Made by a program: the position numbers and the translations under genes. From Nitrospirota bacterium (GTDB taxonomy: Bacteria; Nitrospirota; UBA9217), in the NCBI GenBank assembly GCA_963663225.1, contig OY760142.1, positions 1,312,001 through 1,376,000 of the forward strand: a stretch of 64,000 nt of DNA, read 5' to 3'. Positions 59,133 through 64,000 of this stretch are shown here, piece after piece; positions within the stretch are counted from its first letter, which is position 1, and each line of letters opens with the position of its first letter. The notes beneath the pieces were generated by a model that was not told the DNA's origin, searched no databases, and was given only the letters and a program-made list of their open reading frames with translations.

Positions 59133-59870
59133 ATGGAAAAGTTTGCATTAACAGCACAGGTGAGAGAAAAGGCGGGAAAAGGGGTCGCCCGAGGCCTCAG
59201 ACGGAGCCAAATGGTGCCTGCCGTACTCTACAGCCACGGCAAGTCCACGCCGATCGCGATGGTCAATAAAGAGGTCACAAAAATCCTCAACACGGAAGGC
59301 GGAGAACACGCGCTTCTCAATTTGAAGCTGGAAGGGGCCAAGACAGACGGCGAGCGCATGGCCCTGATCAAGGAGTATCAGCTTGATCCGATCAGCGGTT
59401 CGCTTTTGCATGTGGATCTTCTGGAAGTTGCCATGAACGAAAAAGTAAAGATCCAGGTTGCTATTCACATCACTGGTTCCGCCCTCGGGGTAAAAGAAGG
59501 CGGCATCGTGCAGTCTGGCCTCCGGCACGTCGAAATCGAGTGTTTGCCGACCCAGATCCCCGATGCGTTCAATGTTGATATAACAGCCCTGAAGGTGAAT
59601 GAGTCGCTCCACGTTAAGGATATCAAGGTAGCGGATGGCGTAAAGATACTGACCGATGCCGACTCTACCCTCGTGAGCATCCAGCCTCCGATTTCCGATG
59701 CCAAGCTTGAGGCAATGCTGGCCGCGGCCCCGACTGCCGAAACCGGCGAGCCTGAGCTTGTCAAGAAACCGAAGAAAGAGGGAGAAGCGGAAACGCCTGC
59801 AGCTGAAGCGAAAGGTGCTGCGGCACCTGCCAAGGAAGCGGCAGCCAAGGAAGCCGCTCCGAAGAAGTAG
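59133..59870 (+). CDS. rplY: 50S ribosomal protein L25/general stress protein Ctc
   Basis: GKGVAR.LRR..VPAVLY, LHVD and GVKEGG motifs; Ala/Glu/Lys-rich tail. Confidence 0.95.
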   Translation: MEKFALTAQVREKAGKGVARGLRRSQMVPAVLYSHGKSTPIAMVNKEVTKILNTEGGEHALLNLKLEGAKTDGERMALIKEYQLDPISGSLLHVDLLEVAMNEKVKIQVAIHITGSALGVKEGGIVQSGLRHVEIECLPTQIPDAFNVDITALKVNESLHVKDIKVADGVKILTDADSTLVSIQPPISDAKLEAMLAAAPTAETGEPELVKKPKKEGEAETPAAEAKGAAAPAKEAAAKEAAPKK

Positions 59871-59899
59871 GATATCCAGGCATCGTTTCCAGGGATTGC

Positions 59900-60463
59900 A
59901 TGAAAATTATTGTCGGTCTTGGCAACCCGGGCAGAAAATACGACCGCACCCGCCACAATGCGGGTTTTCAGGCAGTCGATGAACTTGCCAAAAAACTGCA
60001 CCTTGACATAATTCAAGAAAAACACCACGCCCTTCTTGCGAAAACCAGGATTGATTCGACCGAAGCAGTCCTGGTCAAGCCGCAGACGTATATGAATGAC
60101 AGCGGAAGGGCCGTGGGAGCGGTTCTCCGTGACACCTATGCTGCAATTTCCGATCTTATCGTAATACACGACGAACTTGATCTTTCCCTGGGATCGGTGC
60201 GGGTAAAACTCGGCGGCGGGCACGGCGGTCATAATGGACTTCGGTCCATTATCGAGCATCTGGGGTCGTCTGATTTTATCCGCGTGCGAATCGGCATCAA
60301 CCGCCCGGCGCCGGGAATGGATCCGGCAGACTATGTTCTTCGTCCGTTTTTGGCGGAAGAGCGCGATAGTGCGACAGAAGCAGTGGAAAAAGCCGCGGAG
60401 GCGGCACGGGTTGTGGCGATAGAGGGCCCGCGCAGGGCCATGAATGTTTTTAATCAACGGTAG
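59900..60463 (+). CDS. pth: peptidyl-tRNA hydrolase
   Basis: GLGNPG, TRHNAG, KPQTYMN and GGHNGL motifs. Confidence 0.97.
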   Translation: MKIIVGLGNPGRKYDRTRHNAGFQAVDELAKKLHLDIIQEKHHALLAKTRIDSTEAVLVKPQTYMNDSGRAVGAVLRDTYAAISDLIVIHDELDLSLGSVRVKLGGGHGGHNGLRSIIEHLGSSDFIRVRIGINRPAPGMDPADYVLRPFLAEERDSATEAVEKAAEAARVVAIEGPRRAMNVFNQR

Positions 60464-60482
60464 CCGCACCCTTCAGGGTGCG
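60460..60482 (+). repeat. GTAG-type REP-like palindrome
   Basis: GTAG-C-CGCACCC-TTCA-GGGTGCG; the GTAG foot overlaps the pth stop codon. Confidence 0.5.
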
Positions 60483-60501
60483 TTCCCTATGTGTGAGAAC
60501 C

Positions 60502-60544
60502 AACCCGGATTCGGAGAATACTCCGACTGCTCCGGGTTTTTTTT
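60502..60544 (+). terminator. Rho-independent terminator after pth
   Basis: AACCCGGA/TCCGGGTT outer stem with TCGGAG/CTCCGA inner stem, then T run. Confidence 0.7.
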
Positions 60545-60585
60545 ATTACTCATAAATACCCCGAGAGCCGGGAAAAGGAGTCAGT

Positions 60586-61680
60586 ATGGGTTTTAACTGT
60601 GGTATCGTGGGGCTGCCGAACGTCGGCAAATCCACCATTTTTAACGCGCTCACTTCCGCCGGCGCCCAGGCGTCGAATTATCCCTTCACCACGATCGATC
60701 CGAATGTGGGTGTCGTGGATATGCCTGATGAACGGCTCGACAAGCTCGCAGAACTATATAAACCCAAAAAGCTGACCCCTACCACCATGGAATTTGTCGA
60801 TATCGCCGGGCTCGTGAAGGGGGCGGCCCAGGGGGAAGGGCTCGGGAACAAATTTCTGGCGAACATCCGGGAAGTTGATGCAATCGCACACGTAGTCCGC
60901 TGTTTTGATGACCCCAATGTGGTGCATGTTGCCGGAGCGGTGGACCCGCGGGTGGACATAGAAGTGATCGAAGCGGAGCTTATGCTTGCGGATCTTGATG
61001 CCATGGAAAAGCGGCTGTTCAAATCCGAAAAGCTTGCGAAAACGGGTGACAAAAAAATCGCGGAAGAAAATGATTTTATGAAGCGATTGAAAGATACGCT
61101 GAGCAAGGGGGAACCTCTTCGACGGATCACCTGCAACGATGAAGAAACTTCCTGGCTCAAAAGCTACAATCTGCTTTCCGCCAAGCCCGTCCTGTATGTT
61201 GCAAACGTGGCGGAGAACATGATCGGGGAACCGAATCCGCACGTGGATGCCGTGCAGAAAATCGCCGTGCAGGAAAACGCAAAAGTTGTGGTTATTTCCG
61301 GCCAGGTGGAAGGAGAAATTGCCCAACTCCCGAAGGATGAGCGCAGGGAGTATCTTTCGGGCATGGGCCTCAAAGAGTCCGGCTTGGACCGCATGATTCG
61401 CGCCGGATACGAATTGCTCGGCCTGATCACCTATTTTACGGCAGGCGAAAAAGAAGTGCGCGCCTGGACCATCACCAGGGGCACCAAGGCTCCGCAGGCC
61501 GCGGGAAAAATCCATACGGACTTCGAGAAAGGTTTCATCCGGGCTGAAGTTTTTCATTATGATGATCTTATGCGGCTGGGATCTGAGCAGGCCGTAAAGG
61601 CCGCCGGTTTGCTGCGTTCAGAGGGCAAGGAATATGTGGTCGCAGACGGGGACATCATGCTGTTCCGGTTCAATGTGTGA
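60586..61680 (+). CDS. ychF: redox-regulated ATPase YchF
   Basis: GLPNVGKST, NYPFTTI, DIAGLV and IHTDFEKGFIRAE motifs. Confidence 0.98.
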   Translation: MGFNCGIVGLPNVGKSTIFNALTSAGAQASNYPFTTIDPNVGVVDMPDERLDKLAELYKPKKLTPTTMEFVDIAGLVKGAAQGEGLGNKFLANIREVDAIAHVVRCFDDPNVVHVAGAVDPRVDIEVIEAELMLADLDAMEKRLFKSEKLAKTGDKKIAEENDFMKRLKDTLSKGEPLRRITCNDEETSWLKSYNLLSAKPVLYVANVAENMIGEPNPHVDAVQKIAVQENAKVVVISGQVEGEIAQLPKDERREYLSGMGLKESGLDRMIRAGYELLGLITYFTAGEKEVRAWTITRGTKAPQAAGKIHTDFEKGFIRAEVFHYDDLMRLGSEQAVKAAGLLRSEGKEYVVADGDIMLFRFNV

Positions 61681-61798
61681 CGCAGACGATGATGTTTTAG
61701 TATTGGATGCAGCGGCGGCCCAGAATCTGCCGTATTGATTTTTTCACGCGGCAATGTTATGTTACCGGACCGTTATTTCAGGCAGCGAGGAGATATTC

Positions 61799-63187
61799 AT
61801 GCCTTTTAACCTTCAGGAAATCATAGAGGCCAACCAAGGCCAGCAGCTTTCTTTTCTCTCGGAATACATGAACCCCCAGATGGCCAAAGTTTTCAAGATT
61901 CTCGGGTTCGACCCTGTTTATGTCCGTGGAAAAGGCGCGCACCTGTGGGACGACAAAGGCAATGACTACCTGGATCTGCAGTCAGGATTCGGCGTATTTG
62001 CCGTCGGCCGCTCTCATCCCAAAATCAAGGACGCAATCCGACAGTACTTGGACATTGACAGCCCAAACCTGATAAAACTGGGGACGCAGCTTCTCGCGGG
62101 CGTGCTGGCCAAAAAGCTGATTACTGAATATGCTCCTCCCGGAATCGACACCGTCTTCTTCTGCAACTCCGGCGCTGAGGCTATTGACGGCGCTCTCAAA
62201 TTTGCCCATGTTTTTACCGGAAGAGAAAAACTTCTCTATTGCGACCACAGTTTTCACGGGTTGACCCTGGGAGCGCTCCGGGTCAACGGTTGCAAAGAAT
62301 TTCGCGCAGACTGCGAAACAATCTTGTCCGGCGGGACCGAAGTTCCCTTTGGAGACACGGATCAGCTGGAGGCGGAACTCTCCAAGGGCGACGTGGCCGC
62401 CCTGGTGGTGGAGCCGGTTATCGGACATGGTGTCTTTTTGCATCCTGATGATTTCCTCCCGCGCGCGCGGGAGCTGTGCACGCGCTACGGCACACTCCTC
62501 ATTATCGATGAAGTCCAGACCGGTCTTGGTCGCACCGGAAAAATGTTCGGGTATGAGCACTGGAACGTGGTGCCGGACATCATGACGCTTTCGAAATCAC
62601 TTTCCGGGGGGTACTGCCCGATTGGCGCGATTCTTTATCCCCGGAAGGTTTACAACAGCGTTTTCAAGTCCCTTGACCGGTGCATGGTTCATTCAACGAC
62701 CTTCAGTCAAAACGACCTTGCAGCAGTCTGCGGTCTGGCTACGCTGGAAGTCATCCGCGAAGAAGGTCTTGTGGAAAACAGCGCCCGCATGGGAGAATAT
62801 CTCATGACCAAGCTTCGTGAGTTGGGAAATAAGTACGAACTCATTCGGGAAGTGCGCGGCAAGGGGCTCATCATTGCCATTGAGTTCGGCGAGCCCCGGT
62901 CATTCGGCCTGAAGACGGGATGGAAAATGATCCATGGCATCAACAAGAATCTTTTCTGCCAATCAATTCTGGTGCCTCTGATGATGGACCATAAGATACT
63001 TACCCAGGTTTCCGGCCACGGCAGGGATATCATAAAATTGCTTCCCTCTCTTGTTTTTGACCAGAACGATGCTGACCGGTTTTTAAACTCATTCGAAGAA
63101 GTTTTGTCGGCTGCACACCGGTTTCCGGGACCGATTTGGGAAGTCGGTTCCCGCCTTGCGAAGGCGATGGTAAAACATAGTGTATAA
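61799..63187 (+). CDS. class III PLP-dependent aminotransferase, HpnO-like
   Basis: DLQSGFGVFAVGRSHP, NSGAEA, FHG, DEVQTGLGRTG, LSKSLSGG and HSTTF motifs. Confidence 0.8.
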   Translation: MPFNLQEIIEANQGQQLSFLSEYMNPQMAKVFKILGFDPVYVRGKGAHLWDDKGNDYLDLQSGFGVFAVGRSHPKIKDAIRQYLDIDSPNLIKLGTQLLAGVLAKKLITEYAPPGIDTVFFCNSGAEAIDGALKFAHVFTGREKLLYCDHSFHGLTLGALRVNGCKEFRADCETILSGGTEVPFGDTDQLEAELSKGDVAALVVEPVIGHGVFLHPDDFLPRARELCTRYGTLLIIDEVQTGLGRTGKMFGYEHWNVVPDIMTLSKSLSGGYCPIGAILYPRKVYNSVFKSLDRCMVHSTTFSQNDLAAVCGLATLEVIREEGLVENSARMGEYLMTKLRELGNKYELIREVRGKGLIIAIEFGEPRSFGLKTGWKMIHGINKNLFCQSILVPLMMDHKILTQVSGHGRDIIKLLPSLVFDQNDADRFLNSFEEVLSAAHRFPGPIWEVGSRLAKAMVKHSV

Positions 63188-63289
63188 AAAACGATGTCTG
63201 TTATCCTGTTTTGAGAATGGTGTGCTGTAGGCAAGGCAATTGTATAAATGGCACGATTCCCGTCATCCCTGTTTAAAAAGGATTATCGT

Positions 63290-64000
63290 TTAGATCGAAA
63301 GATCTGCGGCGAGTTTTTTCCCGATTTTCTGCAGTGACTGCAAACCTCTTATTTCCGTGAACGCAATCGGAAGCATTGCCAGCGGCCGGTTGCCCGCCAG
63401 GTTCTTCAGTTCCTCAACATATCGAGTTTGGACTGTTCTCATGGCCTCTAGAGACGTGGAGTCCGTATCCTCTATTTTCTTGTTGATGATCAGGCCGTGG
63501 ACCGTAAGATTATACCGCGCAAGCGTTTCCATCACCCGTCGGGCCTGGCTTACCACCAACGATTCGGGGTTTGCAACAACAAGAAACGCTGATTTGTTGT
63601 GAACGAACTGCGCAATTTTTTCGGACAATTGGACCCACTCGTCCATGATTCCTGCGATGGGTCTTTTCCCGACAAACTGCCTGCCGATTCTGTCGAGTCC
63701 TTCAAAAACCTTTGCACCGGCCCGCAGGTGTTTTTTGATGATCCGGGGCATGGCGAGTAGATTCAGCGTCTCCCCCGCCGGTGCGGTGTCCCAAACAATT
63801 TTTTCGTATTTCTGCTGTTCCGCGTTGGTGACGATAATATCCAGCAATGTCTCTTCCCGGAGAGAAGGGGCGGATCCGATGTAATCAAGAAGGTGGTGGT
63901 GTGATTCGGTGTCAAGGCTTTCCATATCAATCAAAACAGAAATGATGTCATGAAAGTCCTTGCCGAACTTTGTTTTCCAATGAGCTGCAATTGTCTCTTG
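63290..64000 (-). CDS. ArsA/GET3-family ATPase (5'-truncated by the window)
   Basis: WDTAPAGETL, VANPE and LIINK motifs; frame is open to the window edge. Confidence 0.8.
   Translation of the reverse strand, partial: QETIAAHWKTKFGKDFHDIISVLIDMESLDTESHHHLLDYIGSAPSLREETLLDIIVTNAEQQKYEKIVWDTAPAGETLNLLAMPRIIKKHLRAGAKVFEGLDRIGRQFVGKRPIAGIMDEWVQLSEKIAQFVHNKSAFLVVANPESLVVSQARRVMETLARYNLTVHGLIINKKIEDTDSTSLEAMRTVQTRYVEELKNLAGNRPLAMLPIAFTEIRGLQSLQKIGKKLAADLSI

Overview
64 kb of chromosome from a diderm bacterium. Gene content and order suggest Nitrospirota or a deltaproteobacterium-like lineage (inference). The backbone is housekeeping: end of the atp operon, skp-rdgB-hppA, greB-rsmE-arfB, uup, dusB, ffh-rpsP-rimM-trmD-rplS-rnhB-yraN, rimO, a short S1 protein, ispE-spoVG-tRNA-Gln-prs-rplY-pth-ychF, an HpnO-like aminotransferase and a partial ArsA-family ATPase. 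Four features stand out. (1) An integron-like cassette array on the minus strand at about 45.7-48.2 kb has a Pc-like promoter, an attI-like site and two attC-like sites (one of canonical layout with a mutated R' box), but no integrase gene. (2) An AT-richer surface-protein island after atpC contains two genes that share a multi-block upstream motif I do not recognise. (3) A two-gene operon encodes a large secreted NHL/FN3/transglutaminase-like/TPR protein and a small secreted partner. (4) A bacterial Rsm22/METTL17-like protein with a putative Fe-S cysteine motif lies directly upstream of greB-rsmE-arfB. No CRISPR array, rRNA, intact transposase or prophage was seen. All family calls come from motif recognition by eye, not database searches.
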